Below, one piece after another: positions 39,781-52,920 of a stretch of DNA of 64,000 nucleotides. The stretch covers positions 26,001,233 to 26,065,232 of the forward strand of contig OZ316892.1 in the NCBI GenBank assembly GCA_973895155.1, in the 5' to 3' direction. Both the position numbers and the translations under genes were made by a program. The DNA is from Marsupella aquatica. Its lineage: Eukaryota > Plantae > Marchantiophyta. The notes beneath the pieces were generated by a model. That model had not been told where the DNA came from. It saw nothing but the letters and a program-made list of their open reading frames with translations, and searched no databases. Numbering within the stretch: the first letter of the stretch is position 1; each line of letters opens with the position of its first letter.

Positions 39781-41791
39781 AATCACTGAAGTAGCCTAGG
39801 CAGCCGGGAGCCCAGTGCCCATGAGTTACTCAGCATTGACAATAATATTATTAGTGATGTTGAGTGTGGGTGGTGTTGAGCATATGAGTGTGAGACCTGA
39901 AAATTGGATTTCAAGGAGTGTGCAAGCTGCCAGGAGAGTGATGGGTTGAATTGGGCGTGAAAAAGGTGCATTGTGACATGTTTAGGTCCATCTTATAGTT
40001 GATTAAGAAACAATGTCAACATAACCCAACAGCCAGGCAAGCTCTCCACTAGATGGGGCACTAGACTATCCGCTAGACTAACATTTTTGTAAGCAGACCA
40101 TGAGAAGGAAAGAATAAGATGTTTAAAGATGGCCCAACCGCCATGCGCAGCATTAAGAAATTAAGTCTGGATCTCAGAAATAAGATCCCTTACCTTTCCC
40201 GCACATTAGTTTAATTTGTGCAGTAGTTTTTGTTCATCACTACAAGTGGTCCTACAAATTTAAATGAAGGTGCTACATGGGTAAAACTGACGTTACATAT
40301 TTCCAGTAGTTTGTGGGTTTGACACTTTGGCCTTGTCCTCTTTTGGTTTGGATTTCTTGATTAATATATGGTAATTTATTAAATAGTAAACTACACATAC
40401 CCTTGAGACAAAGAAAGAGAATTTATTACAGGAAGCTTGTAGCTTGAAGGAAATATAAGGGAATCAATTCAAAGTTAGTCGTTACTTTGCTTGAATGGCA
40501 TGTGAAGAAACACCCCACCTACTGAACATAGTTTCAGGCCCTGTTTCAGGCAAGTTTAATTTGACTTAGTTATTGACATTAACATCATTGTCAACAAAAT
40601 AATTGCAAGTTACTTAGTTATTATTAAGTACCCAAAGTTGTAAGGGAATTTACTTTACTCATAGTAAGTGCTAACCTAGCTTAGAATTAAGTCTACTTTA
40701 CCTTAATTACTTTTCTCATAGTAAGTACAAACCTTAGACTTAACTTTACCTTACCTTACTTTATTCATAGTAAGCACCTCAGAATATTAAGTACTCATAG
40801 TGTAGATTTTCTCTTGTGAGCTTGTTGTGCTTTACATTCCATAATTCTCTGTCAAATAATACTTCACTTGGATAGACCCTAAATTTTTCTTCTTTTGTCC
40901 TTTGAGAAAGAAGTTTGCTTTGAGTGTCAGCCAGTCAACTCCCTGGTGTGAATTGTTTCCTTGGTTTATGAGTCATTGTGTTGCTTGCTCCCCCCTAACT
41001 TTTGCGGGGCTTATAAACATAAAAATATATTTATGACTAAACTAAGCTCATTTAGGTTTTTTACCATTCATTGAGAGAACTACTTGAGGCCATATGAGAA
41101 ACATGTGAAACACTCAATCTACTCAAAGTTTCATCTATGATGAAGCGCGCAATGAGGCTAGATAAGGTATATTTAAGGACTTAAATGTACGTACTTTACA
41201 TTTTATCATTTTAATTATATAAACTCTAAAAATATGGTTAGAGTAACTATGTCAAAGGGAACGAGTATTGGGAGAATGAAACCAAGCTATCCATCAAAAG
41301 TGCTCTGGCCAGGTACAAAACATCTAGATGACAAAAGTGGTGACAGAGTTTACTTAGTGAGTGAGTGGGAAAAATATTTGGACAAAAGTGATGATTTGGT
41401 TACTATAGTGTACTTTTTGTACATAAATGTAAATAACAGTATTCAAGCATATATCTATATTTTAATGCAGTCCATGCAGGTTTGATTTATCCATCAAGGC
41501 TTCATGGACAACATATATGCAGGTCCATCTGGGCTTTAACTTCTGTAAAATAAGATAATATTCTTGCATATATTAAGAATATTTTGTAATGTATACCCTT
41601 TTAAAGATTAAAATAGACCATCAAAAGTAAACCAAATAATATCCTAATCAGAGTATTTTCTTTATAAAATACGGGTATTTAAACTAATCTTAATATCACA
41701 TGCAGTAGTAAAAATATCCTCTTAGCTACCCCCTGAGAGGGTAGACTTAGTTTATATTTCATTATGGGAACAACTTTCCCTTAATCATCTA

Positions 41792-42110
41792 CACTATTCA
41801 ATGTAATTAGTGCAAGTTACTCATACTAATTTGAGACATATATTTTTGGGCTCTACCCATGAATTAGTGTTACTCACTTGAATTTTGCTCACTAAGTCAG
41901 CGCCATGAATGATTTAATCTTATCCTTAGACTCAAGAGTGGATAAATAGTGGAAAAACACTATTTTGAAGATTTGACAAGAATTAATGTTATTTTAGACT
42001 CAAGATCACCAATTTTTCACTAACACTCTCAACAAAAGCCCGAACACAAGTGTGGAAGACCTATTTTGAAAATTTGACAAAAATCAATGTTACTTTGAAC
42101 TCAAGACCCA
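41792..42110 (+). mobile_element. Non-autonomous CACTA-like element fragment
   Basis: Starts CACTATTCAATGTAATTAGTG; homologous in opposite orientation to 52508-52920, which ends CAGTG; AATTAGTG subterminal repeats. Confidence 0.5.
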
Positions 42111-42559
42111 AGATCACTTTTGGCGAGGCTAACTAAGTAAGGTGAACGGTCTACATTACAAGTATAGGATGATTCCTTCAACCTCCCTCAAGCCTTATTT
42201 TGACCCATGCCAGTTCATATGTTCATTCCATATTCCCAAATGTTAGTCCCAGCAAGGCTACTCTACTAGGTCAGGCTACTCTACTAGGTCAAATATGGTA
42301 ATTTGGTATCCTTAGTTATCAATCATTTAGAAACTTTGCTTGACAAGTTTCTGCTCTCACCTGGCCATCTGCCCTATCACCCCAGGTTTTGTAGGGGGCA
42401 ATTCATGTCACCCAACCCCTTCTTCTAGATGGACTTTCCCTATCTAGTAAGCCATCTGGAATGTGGTTGTATTATTCCCCACCACCCTATCTCGGGAAAT
42501 AGGACTGAGTTTTGTGATCCTACCACTATTGACTTTACTTCACTTCAGAGAACAACAAC

Positions 42560-43440
42560 TCTCACTACATTACATCTGCATTATAGTAACTCCCACCTGT
42601 ATTACACCTGCATTACAGTAAACCAAGCATGTTATATACCTGCATTACAGTAAACCACACATGAAGTACAACTGCATTACAGTAAGTTGCGCCTGTATTA
42701 CATGCACCTTACAGTAATGTAGGTGCAATTTACAGTAATGAAGTTTAATTGCAATTCCACCTCCTCACCCGTGCCTTACAGTAATGAAGGAGCCATTTAT
42801 TGTAATGCAGTTGTACTACATGTGTGGTTTGCTCTCACTACATTATGTTAGGGTTTCGACTCAACCTTGGCTAGGTTAACTAGAGTAAATTAATCAAAAA
42901 TAATTAATATTACTTGGCTAGACTCTTCATGAAATGATAACTCTCTTTGTATCACATGGACAAAGAACACTTAGTGGAGAACTTTGTGTGAGAATGAGAG
43001 AGTTTGGACCATGGAACTATGGTGATATGTACTTTTTGTGTTCATAATGAAACTCTTGGTGCGGCCGTGGACGTAACCCTAACGAGGTGAACCATGTATC
43101 TTTGTGTCAGTGTACTAGAGTGCTATATGAATGATGATTATGAGACGTCATGCTATCCGTTTTGATCGTACACATTACACATGCAAGGTAGGTAAGTTAC
43201 ATGCAAGCAAGGTGGTTTACTCTCACCTACATTACACCTGCATTACAATTAATGTGCACATGCCTTACACACATTACAATAACTCACACCTATATTACAG
43301 TAAATCTCACCTGCCTTACAAACATTTTACAGTACCTGGCACCTCCATTACACACTCATTACAGTACCTCAGACCTGATATCTGCATTACAACTGCCTTA
43401 CAACTGCATTACAACTGCCTTACAGTAACTGGAGAAATCA
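42560..43440. repeat. CATTACAGTAA-rich repeat element interrupted by a solo LTR
   Basis: Dozens of CATTACA(G/C) motifs in both orientations. Confidence 0.7.
42846..43172 (+). mobile_element. Solo LTR (copia-like), 327 bp, 5-bp TSD CATTA
   Basis: TG...CA ends; CATTA at 42841-42845 and 43173-43177; CCGTGGACGTA...GAACCATGTA motif resembles the 3' part of copia LTRs. Confidence 0.85.
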
Positions 43441-43857
43441 CAGTCATACCTAGAGCCTCCGTAGGTATGCTTTCCCGCGCAAGCGAGCTCGAGTTCGCAC
43501 ATGATTTCGATGCACAGAGCACTAGTACCACAGATGAATGGCAGTCATTCTCGAGACCTCGCAGATTTGCTTCGCAATCTCCCGGGAATTCCATCAGTCG
43601 AGCAGCTAGAAATCTCCAGCATTACTGACTTGCGCTCACTCCGTGTTTTTTTTCTTTCTTTTCCCTCGATAGGTCGATTGATATTTGCAGTTCCCTCTGC
43701 AATTGAATCAGCTCTTGGTTCGATTAATTGATGATTGTTCTTTACAGAGACTGAGTTTGTGGGACCAATTGAAGAGCGAGGTATCACACATCAGAGAGAG
43801 TGAGCGATATCGTCAAGGTTTCGGAGAACACTAGATTCCTTCTAGGCTTCTATCGAG

Positions 43858-46800
43858 ATGAAGAAGAGGCGATCGGAGCGAAAGCCGGTCGAATCTGTGA
43901 CGGTGGTGAGTAATTGCTTGTCTTGTGGAGCTCTCGGTCTCATTCTCCCTCGTTTTACCGATGTGAGCGTGACTAGAATGTCCTCACGTGGCCGCTATTG
44001 GGGTTTTGTTGATTTGTAGCTCAGAGTTGCAGATGTAGTAGAATTGAGTGGATTTGTCAATTTGGTCTCAGTTGTTGCCGCTTCAAATTCCAATTCCACC
44101 TCGTCGCGGTTTTCTCATCGGAGCCCTGCACTTGATTAAGATATGTCTTTTATCGTTGCTTGTCGATGTCCGTCACGTCCGCTCAAGATCGGTCGTAGTT
44201 TTAAATTGTCAACCAAAACGTTCCTCCTCGGATAGATTTCTCCTATGGTTAGATTTCCTCAAAGTTTCTCTCCCGTTGCCAAATTACTGAGCGTTCTTTT
44301 TCCCATTATTCCTTCTAGCACTTTAGCTTTCATTCAGACCTGTCCACTGCCTCATATGGATATCTTAATAGACTTGTAAATCAATAAAGTAAAACTCATC
44401 CACATTCTTATATATTGTTGATTCGCGTCTTCTGCTCGAAGGAAGCTTCTAAGAGTTCCTTTTTTTGTTTGGGTTAGTGTTTTGTTGGCTTGTCCTGTAG
44501 ACATTTTCATTATAGAGGATGGTTTCATCATTTGCTGCTGTACGATTCACTGTAACTGGAAGTCATTTTGGAATTTCCCAGACAACTCAGCAATTTGTTT
44601 CATGCATTGTGGTAGTTTGGAAGGAAAGTGCTCTACTTGCTTCTCTGAATTAAGGCTTGTCTGGTGTTGCAGCGCTACACACGGAACAGAACTCGGCAGC
44701 AACAACATGAGGTGCTTCCATGCTTACACTGTCCTCATCATGCAGTCCCCTGAGAGCATATTCGTCATGGACAGACTTTGAACCGAACCTAGTTGTCATT
44801 GGTTCTTTTCAGTCCAAACGGCAGCCTTTCTAAGAAACGGTCGAAATTCCTGTAGGTAGGAATAACCCTGATGGGATTGTATGAGGAATGAATTGCTGTA
44901 CACCGAGACCCAATAGGGCAGTGGCACCGTAAGACACAAAGCGGGTTAGTCAGCAGTAGTTCCTCTGGATTGTTTTCGGAATTTCCTTTCCTTTAGTGCA
45001 AGAAATTACCTCATCGGTCTAGTCCTTTGGGTAAGCCTGAAACAAAGATGACCGTTAGTGTAAAATGGTGAATTCAGGAACCGGCGAAGTCCAGGGATGA
45101 TCCCTTGCTTCTTCTGAAGGAGTATCCTTTCGGCAGCTCATGCCCTGAAGTACGTCGCAATCCCGACATTCAATCCAGGGAGATGGATCCTTCACTCGAG
45201 GAAACTCTACTGGCTTTTTCGGACGCACATGGCGGACGAGATCTGGAAGACATTGAGGAAGACAGTATCCCAGAAGAATGTCTGCTTATAGACAAGGATT
45301 CTTCCCTATAAGCATGTGTCAATGTGCAGACATTTATCATTTAGATACAACTTCATTATACGATTGAATGTCAAAGGCCTTCGGTTTTAACTCCGAGTTA
45401 TCCAGCAAATTCTGTCTTCGTTTCCTTAACTCTTGAATCTTAAACAGAGCTTACATTTCTTGAGGCAACTTATGCTAGGTGTGGTGTAAGAGCTGACGCA
45501 AGTATTCCTACACAGTTATGTCAACCTCTTATCTTGTCATTGCATTTCCAAAGTTTTGCTTGTTAAATATCTTCTTTGGAGTGACCAGAACAAATACTTT
45601 TGGCTTCTGAATCAGAGTTCTTGGTGTTTATTATTGACTGCTTTCTTTTGTAGCGGAGAAGGTGTCAGAAGTCCCAATCTCACACTCTTGCCCTGACAGG
45701 AAGATATTCGAGGAAATATTTCGTATCGTCCAGGAAAGTCAGTCTGGGGAGCTGACTTCCCTGAGTTTTCTACTGCTCAAAGATCTGGAAAAGGTTTGTG
45801 ACAAACATGTAGGAATTCACGTGTCATCATCCAGCAAATATGTGCTCCTTGACATGGTCGTATACGGTAGTGTGTTGCCTTGCTAAGCACTAGGTTTCGT
45901 TACATTTAACGAGATGAAAGGGTTTAAGCGATCTACCCCCGGGATTATAGTCTCCGATACCGTATTCCCATGGATCATAATCGTCGATATTCTTTTCGAA
46001 AGTCATGCTGATGATTTCAGGCGTGTGTTGTGGCAGCGTCACCCTCGAGTAGCTATTGCCACAGAGGAAGCTGATGGATCTTCTGGCCAATCAATACAGA
46101 GAATTGATATTGATCGGAGGGTATGACATTTATTATGCTTTGTGATTCGGTTTGCAGTCTGCATTGTTCGTTAAAAGTTTCTGATCCACTAAAATCTGCC
46201 TTTTTCTGATTGATTAGGTCTGGTCACCAATTGAATCTCTTATTGAGGAGTTCGCATGTACAGACAGGATGGTGCCAGTAATTTCAGCAGAAGAATCGAT
46301 TCCATTGGTAGGTGAAAGCCGGCCTTATAAGAGAGGTTCTAGACATTGTATTTCATATCTATTGCATGTCCGCAATGCCTTCTGGGAAACTCTTCCCCTC
46401 CTCGTTGGGTTTTGCTGGCGACTGACGAATTTTCTTCCCCCGCTAGGTCTACCAAGTCCATATCGCACGTAACGTTTGCTGATTCACTTCCTTCATCAAC
46501 TCTAATGTGTGATAACCCTAATGAAATTTGGACGATTTCACTCCTTTTGGGGCTCTATTCTTTTCTTTTGTGATGGTTTTTGGGGGATGGGCGGATGCGG
46601 TGGACTGTTCTACATTTTCTCCCACAAGATCAAGATCGATAAATCACTTTCTAAAGCTTTTTTCGTGACAGAGCCTTGCGTTTCTTGTGCCTGCAGAATC
46701 TCTTGACACTCGTTGACACCATTGCGGGCACTATATATAAAGAAGAAAGTCAGCCTGCGAATTGTGCGTCGCCTACTGCACTTAATTCTCAAGATGGCGT

Positions 46801-49800
46801 AAAGGTTGGTGTCAACTGTTGTCGTGGACATTACTGTCAATTTCTTCTCGGTATCTCGTTATTACTCCTATCAGGTGTCAAAGAACTCTACATTTCGTCG
46901 ATATTGCTTGCTAATCCAACTGTGTATCCTCCTTATCCAGTTTTCTGGTCGACAATAAAGTGAAACAATTCAGGCTAGGCTATCATGCCGTGATAAAAGG
47001 AAGCACTCAAACAGGCCGTCTTACTTCCTCTACAATATTAAATCTCATGTAGGGAAAATTGCTTGGGCTAACTTTTTTCTTGCGTTTTAGATGGCGGGGC
47101 AGTTCTTAATGCTTCAACACTTGGTCGGCTTGATTCAGAATGACCTGAGTTGTTGTTTGCAAGTATATGAAGGTGAACTTTTAGCAGGGCTACATGAAAG
47201 GATTGTCTGGCTGCCATGAGTTTAGGGTTTAGGGTTTAGGACATGAAAGGATTGTTTGGCTGCCATCAGTTTAGGGTTTAGGGTTCTGAATCACGCTATT
47301 CTTCTCGAGCTTTTGATTCATCTTCTTTTACGGACACTTCAAGAGGTGGATAGGAGCCTCTTATGGCCTATGTCTTAGGATCTGGTGTGATTTCTTTCAT
47401 TTACACATGCAGAAAGTATGGATCAAGTTGCAGTGAAGAAATCCTCTCTCTACAGGCTCTTATGTGTGAGTGTTGTTAACGGATGCAAAAATTCTCAGAC
47501 TAGGGTTGATGATGATTAGGTCTGCGTTCATTAAACTCATTTCTTTTTATATCTTTGAAAGCAGCTTGTAGACAAACTGACTTCCAAAAATAAGTTAAAG
47601 TTCTTCCTTAATAGATTTGGGGAGCATTTTGGTTGATACGTGCAATATCCATTCATGTTTTAGGTGCTTCCTGCGGATGCCAGAAATAATTTCTTGTCAA
47701 ACCTGGTCTTCCTCGTGAAACCAAACGGCCAGCATATCCAAACGGATGAAGAGGTTCTGAATGGCAAGGAAGGTGATCATTGCCTGACTAGCGAAAGGGA
47801 GTCGGAGGCAAGCAACAAGCGTGGGTTGTTACCGTCCGGAAGTGATTTTAGCCATTTGGCTCACAGACTCTTGCTCATGGTGCACTTTTCTCTCCTAAGT
47901 TTGGGTTTTGAAGTGAAATTCAAGTAAGCTAATTGTTTGGGTAGTATGAGGACCGTTAAATGGTTATTGCATGTTGGGATCGTTGTAATACGTTCTTGCA
48001 CGAGATATGCTAAATAGTGAGCTTATGTGCCCATCGGAAATCCCCGTCGCTTTTGCAATCGAAGAAGAAGAGGTCCTAAGGAAGGTCTTGAAGAGTTACT
48101 TTTCTCTTTAGCTGTTTCACACTTCTAGAAAATTGAGCTAGAGCATCCCTGACTGGACTTGAGCTGCTTCTTCCTTCTTGTAGGTAACTAATGAATTGAT
48201 ATAAACTGGCACAGGCGAGTAAGGCTCCACAGTTTAAATCAAAGTCAGTTAGTGTAAGCGATCTCTCTGGACTGATGATTGATGGGTTGTTCTTTGTCAC
48301 AGATTATGGAAATTGATCATGCAACCAAAACCTGGAACCCTGTTAGTGCTAGGTCTATCCGGAGGGGCAGGTAACGATTTCACGAAGGGTTGACTTCAAT
48401 TGGGGGTGAATCATTACCAAATTAATTTTACAGGACTTGCTGTTATAAACAGGAAATATCCACCGAGCATGCTATAGTGTGATAGGCCGCATAATTATAT
48501 TAATTTAGAGGCTTACTGGTAACATTTTGGTCACATTTGTCTCCAAGGTATCGTACTAAAACGAACGGAATCACGATATTTAGTTTTGCTATGCTGTTTT
48601 ACCATACTGTACTATACCAAGGCAAACCTCCATTGCAACTTCAGCTTTAGTGAACATTTGATACCAACAATGAGACGAACCGGGGGTATAATATGAAATT
48701 GCATGAAGACAAGCATTTTTCTCTCGCTGTTGTATAGAGAATTCGAATTTCTTCAGAACTGTTCTTCTCCAGGCTTCGTTATTCTCAGAGTCTGTATTCA
48801 AGTCCTGATGGGGATTTGTAACTGCAGTTTCCCAGATGATCTCTTGAGTATCTTCAGTATTGCACGTCATTTGGAGGCGTATTTGGAGGTATATACAAAT
48901 AGCATATTGGATGCATTGCTCTGGTTGCAAGTTTTTCGAACATAAAACTGGTCCACAACGACCAGGCAATATAGTGTATACATTGCTTACAAGTTGGAAT
49001 TTGAAGTGTTGAACATTGTACTGGTTCTTCTTACAAGCTGTCCACTTAATGACCATGCATAACAAATTTGCTTCTTTAATTCCAATGCAGGCCTTAGATA
49101 GTCCTAGGACCAAGCTGAGATTTATAGTCGACTACTTTATTGCGAATGCCCCAGTGGTAGGTGACTTGAATCCCTTCGAATCTTGAATACAGACATTTGG
49201 TAATTGTATTGAAAGCAATTCAGATTTGGCTTTCAACTCATGCTTTCAGATTGAGTTTGAACGTGACGAGTGGACTGCACTGTTGTTGCTGATATGTGAT
49301 AGTCCTTTGTGTGACAGGAGATGATTGTGAAGGGTTTAAAGGATAGTATTGGTAGGGAGACGTTTGAGAAACTCCTGGCATGCTTTGGAGAGGATAAGGC
49401 TAAGAAGTTTGTGCACAAGTTCGGCGAGGACGTCCTTCCAGTAGTGCTGGCACACGCTTTTCAGGTTACATTGCTCATTACAGTACATGTTTATTTGAGC
49501 TGGTAAAACCCATGCTATCAATGCAGTTTTTAAGGTTGTTCAATTCATCTATTGTATCTCACCACGCCTTCAACAACATGTAGTCTGGTCCAGACTGTTA
49601 TGGATCAGGTGAAAATGAGGTGTACACAAGATTTACTGTGGACCACACTAATTTCGCCAACGCTAAAACCGCCCAGACTACTTCGCCATCCCAGACCATT
49701 CAATCAATCGACACAAATTTGGAACCGATACTAAATGTTATGATCGGTGTATTCATCCTTTCAGCAGAGCTCCGTGGTCATTTTCGTTCAAACCAAATTT

Positions 49801-50533
49801 TCTTAAGTAGGACCAGGTATTTGACAAGAAAAGGAAACGATTTGTTGAAATGATTATGGATAGAACTCGTTTGAAATGCTTGAGCTCAATTAGACTAGTA
49901 CATTGATACTGATTGCGTTCTGGTCTTTGAACCCGGGAATGTCATTGACGGTTCTTTCATGGATCGCAGGCTTTTCTCATAATCCATATAGAAGCAGCTG
50001 CTGATGATCATGAGAATGAACGACAAGCAAAGCTTCTGCAAATGAGTCGGTCGTTGGTGGAAATATTAACAGAACTACGAGAGCTTGAGTATGCAGCCTT
50101 CTCCCGATATGATTATTAAGTCCTCAAACCTGATATAAGCTTTTCGATTTCCCGTTAGAATGAGATGTAATCACTTTGTTACCTCTGATGATGCGAGGAC
50201 ATGAACTTGTCAAAGCTTTAATTCCATATCCTTGCATACGAAGGCCGTTTGAATATGAATATAGATAAAAGTAGCACGCTGTGTTTTTGCCGATCCCCTG
50301 TCGACGGATGTATAAACTTCAAAATTTGGAGTATTCTGGTTTTTGAACTTCATGGTGCATAGCTCGGAACAACCTGTAGTTCGCTCTCATTGGCTGTGTT
50401 TTCTCAGTTTCCAAGTGAACGCGGGTGTCTGTTGATCTTTTATCTTGATATTCTGTACAGGAGGCAAACAGAGATGCTCCCAGTCGCAGAGCAAGTAATT
50501 CAAATGGCAGAATCCATTCTAGTGTCCTCCTAA
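43858..50533 (+). CDS. Multi-exon helical protein, putative NSE5/SIMC1-like SMC5/6 cofactor; exons approx. 43858-43905, 44673-44711, 45078-45264, 45654-45793, 45914-46120, 46218-46307, 46697-46804, 47091-47172, 47413-47465, 47664-47879, 48303-48370, 48738-48888, 49091-49156, 49318-49464, 49584-49736, 49970-50088, 50461-50533
   Basis: GT-AG exons chain in compatible phases from MKKRRSERK (NLS-like) to ...ILVSS*. Ordered motifs resemble the SIMC1 C-terminal domain (see findings). The gene model is firmer than the family call. Confidence 0.6.
47221..47285 (+). repeat. Interstitial telomeric repeats (TTTAGGG) in an intron
   Basis: About 3 and about 2 TTTAGGG units, each following a copy of ACATGAAAGGATTGT.TGGCTGCCAT.AG. 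Confidence 0.9.
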
Positions 50534-51420
50534 TTTCTGGAGAGGAAGGCTTTGTACATAAATGGGTGTGGCGATTTAAAAGTCAAATGAGAGCTCCTCG
50601 ATTTTGTGGGATGATGTTCATTCTATTGAATAAATCTATCATGATTATGAGATCTCGGACAACAGTTTGATGACTCCTAAGTACATCTTAATGTTGTAGG
50701 CAATCTGAAAGTGCAATCTCTGGATATGGCTAGTTTTACATGTGGCTGGAGATCGTTCCCATTCTTCTCTTGTACTAAGAAGCATCGATGAAGGCCAAGA
50801 ACGTCCCGAAATGGTCGAGCTAGGTAGTTTTAAGTTAGTCCTCCGACTGGCCACTTCGGATGCATTCTTACAGTGGACGTAAAAATCATTATGACTAGAG
50901 TGCATCTGTGAAATTGTGGAGATCTGCTTGAATCAGGGAATGGCATCCAACAGGCCTCAGTTTTAGTCACAATCGAACCACCTCCAGGGGTGGCCAAGGC
51001 TCACTTTTAGACGAGTATAGAAGTTTTGCTCCAACCACTGGAGGTGGTGACTAAATTTCTGTCCATTTGATTCCAATTAGGTGCAGGATGTGTGATGTGA
51101 TTGAGACACATGCATTCAGTGGGCCCTTTGGGCGGTAAAGAGAATTGATGGTCGCCACCTTAACCCAATTAGTATAATTTTGCCGAAGTCTGATTACCTT
51201 TCTCAGATTTTGCACATCGAATCTCCTTGCATCTTTTGTCCTTGATGTTATGCCCATTGAATTGCACCATATCTGGTCCTTTGCGGGAAACCAGAGTTGG
51301 GCCGGGCAATAGGACCCTGTAGGAGTGCCGGAGTGCACCCCATTATAAGAAAATGAAGTCATGGGGCAGGAGGGTGGGGAGGACTAAGCAACTACACTAG
51401 TGCACCCCATTATAAGAAAA

Positions 51421-52477
51421 CTAGCTCAATACCTGTGCGTTGCACAAAAGATGTCGTTGCGGAAAAATTGTCAATGTGTCAAAATTGTCAATGTGTAAAA
51501 CATCTCGCATTCGAAGAAGATGTCGTTGCGGAAAAGATGCCCTTTGCGAAAAAGATAACATTGCAAAAAAACTGTTGTTTACGGAAAAGATGTCGTTGGG
51601 CAAAATATGTCATTTGCGGAAAATAAGTTGTTTCAAAAATGTTGTTCTGTAAATGATTTCATTGTTGAAAATATGTTGTTGCAAAAAAGATGTCAATGCA
51701 AAAACAATATTGTTTGCCAAAAAATTAAAATTGAGCAAAGTACATCCTTGTGTAAAAAATGTCATTACAGAAAAGATGTCTTGTGAAAGATTTTTGTTGT
51801 AAAGAATATGTTATTGTGCAAAGACTATATTGTGTAAAAGATGATGTTTGTGGTAGCCCCTCTTTTGCCCATGAAAATTTTTAATTCCTCTTTCTCTCCA
51901 TTCCCTTAAACATCCCCCCCCCCCCCCCCCCACCTCCTTTCCTACATTTTTTAATTTTTATTTTTCTCCGATTGTTTTTCTCTTCTTTGTTTGTTTTTTC
52001 ATTATCTTTATCCACTTTTTGTCTTTTAGCCTCTCTCTCTCTCTCCTTGGGCCTCTCTCTCTTCCCTTACTTTTCCATTCGAGTCTCTGTCCCTCCTTGG
52101 TCCTCTCTCCCTTACTTAGAATCATACCCTCTGAGGATAATATATGTCCTCTTGTATCCTGGATCTTCCTTCCCTGTAATTATGAGGGGAAGAGTGTACT
52201 GCAGGGACAATTGTACTTGCAAGGACAATCATAATGGAATGGTCTTCTGGAGGGTGTCCTTTGTACTCGTTCATTATTTGTGAGGGCAACTTATTATAAT
52301 ACTTTGTATTTGTACACCTCTATTATTTGATGTCTAATGCTAATGGTCTCTTTTCCATGATCGAACAGTATTAAAAAATTTGGAAAAGATCTAATGGTTG
52401 TGGATCATTCCCGCCCAGAACACTTTTTGTAATGGGACTAAGGACAAAAATGGCGGGATTGGATATTATAGTTGTAG
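51421..52477 (-). mobile_element. Non-autonomous Helitron
   Basis: Minus-strand 3' end GTGCAACGCACAGGTATTGAGCTAG|T (hairpin + CTAG before T); 5' region CTACAACTATAATATCCAATCCC...CCATTAGATC; internal AAAAGATGTC tandem units. Confidence 0.75.
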
Positions 52478-52507
52478 CCATGGGGCAGGAGGGTGGGGAG
52501 GACTAAT

Positions 52508-52920
52508 CACCCTAATTAGTGAATTAGTGTTAGTATAAAATTAGTGTTACTAACACTAATTTTGAAAAAAATGATTTTGAGTTCAAATAACATTAATTTT
52601 TGTATATTTTTGATAAAAATTATTTTGAGTTCAAGTAACATTAAATTTTGTAGGTTTTCAAAACAGTATTTTTTTCATTTTAATTTAAATTGCTTGTAAA
52701 AAATAGATGATCTTGAGTACAAAATAGCACTAATTGTTGTATATTTTTCAAAATAATTATTTTTCTCTATTTTTCCACTCTTAAGATCACAATAACACTA
52801 ATTCATGTGCATGAAATAGAGTTAACATAAAATTAGTGTGAATAACACTAATTCATGAGTAGACCCTGAAAATGGGCGCTCTCGAAGTAGTGTTAGTCAC
52901 ACTAATTACGTTGAACAGTG
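52508..52920 (-). mobile_element. CACTA-like non-autonomous element, same family as 41792-42110
   Basis: Reverse complement begins CACTGTTCAACGTAATTAGTG; AATTAGTG/CACTAATT repeats. Confidence 0.5.

Noticed and set aside
44813-44855. AG...GT bounded candidate exon in the NSE5-like gene
   Set aside because: In-frame TAA; the model stays in frame without it.
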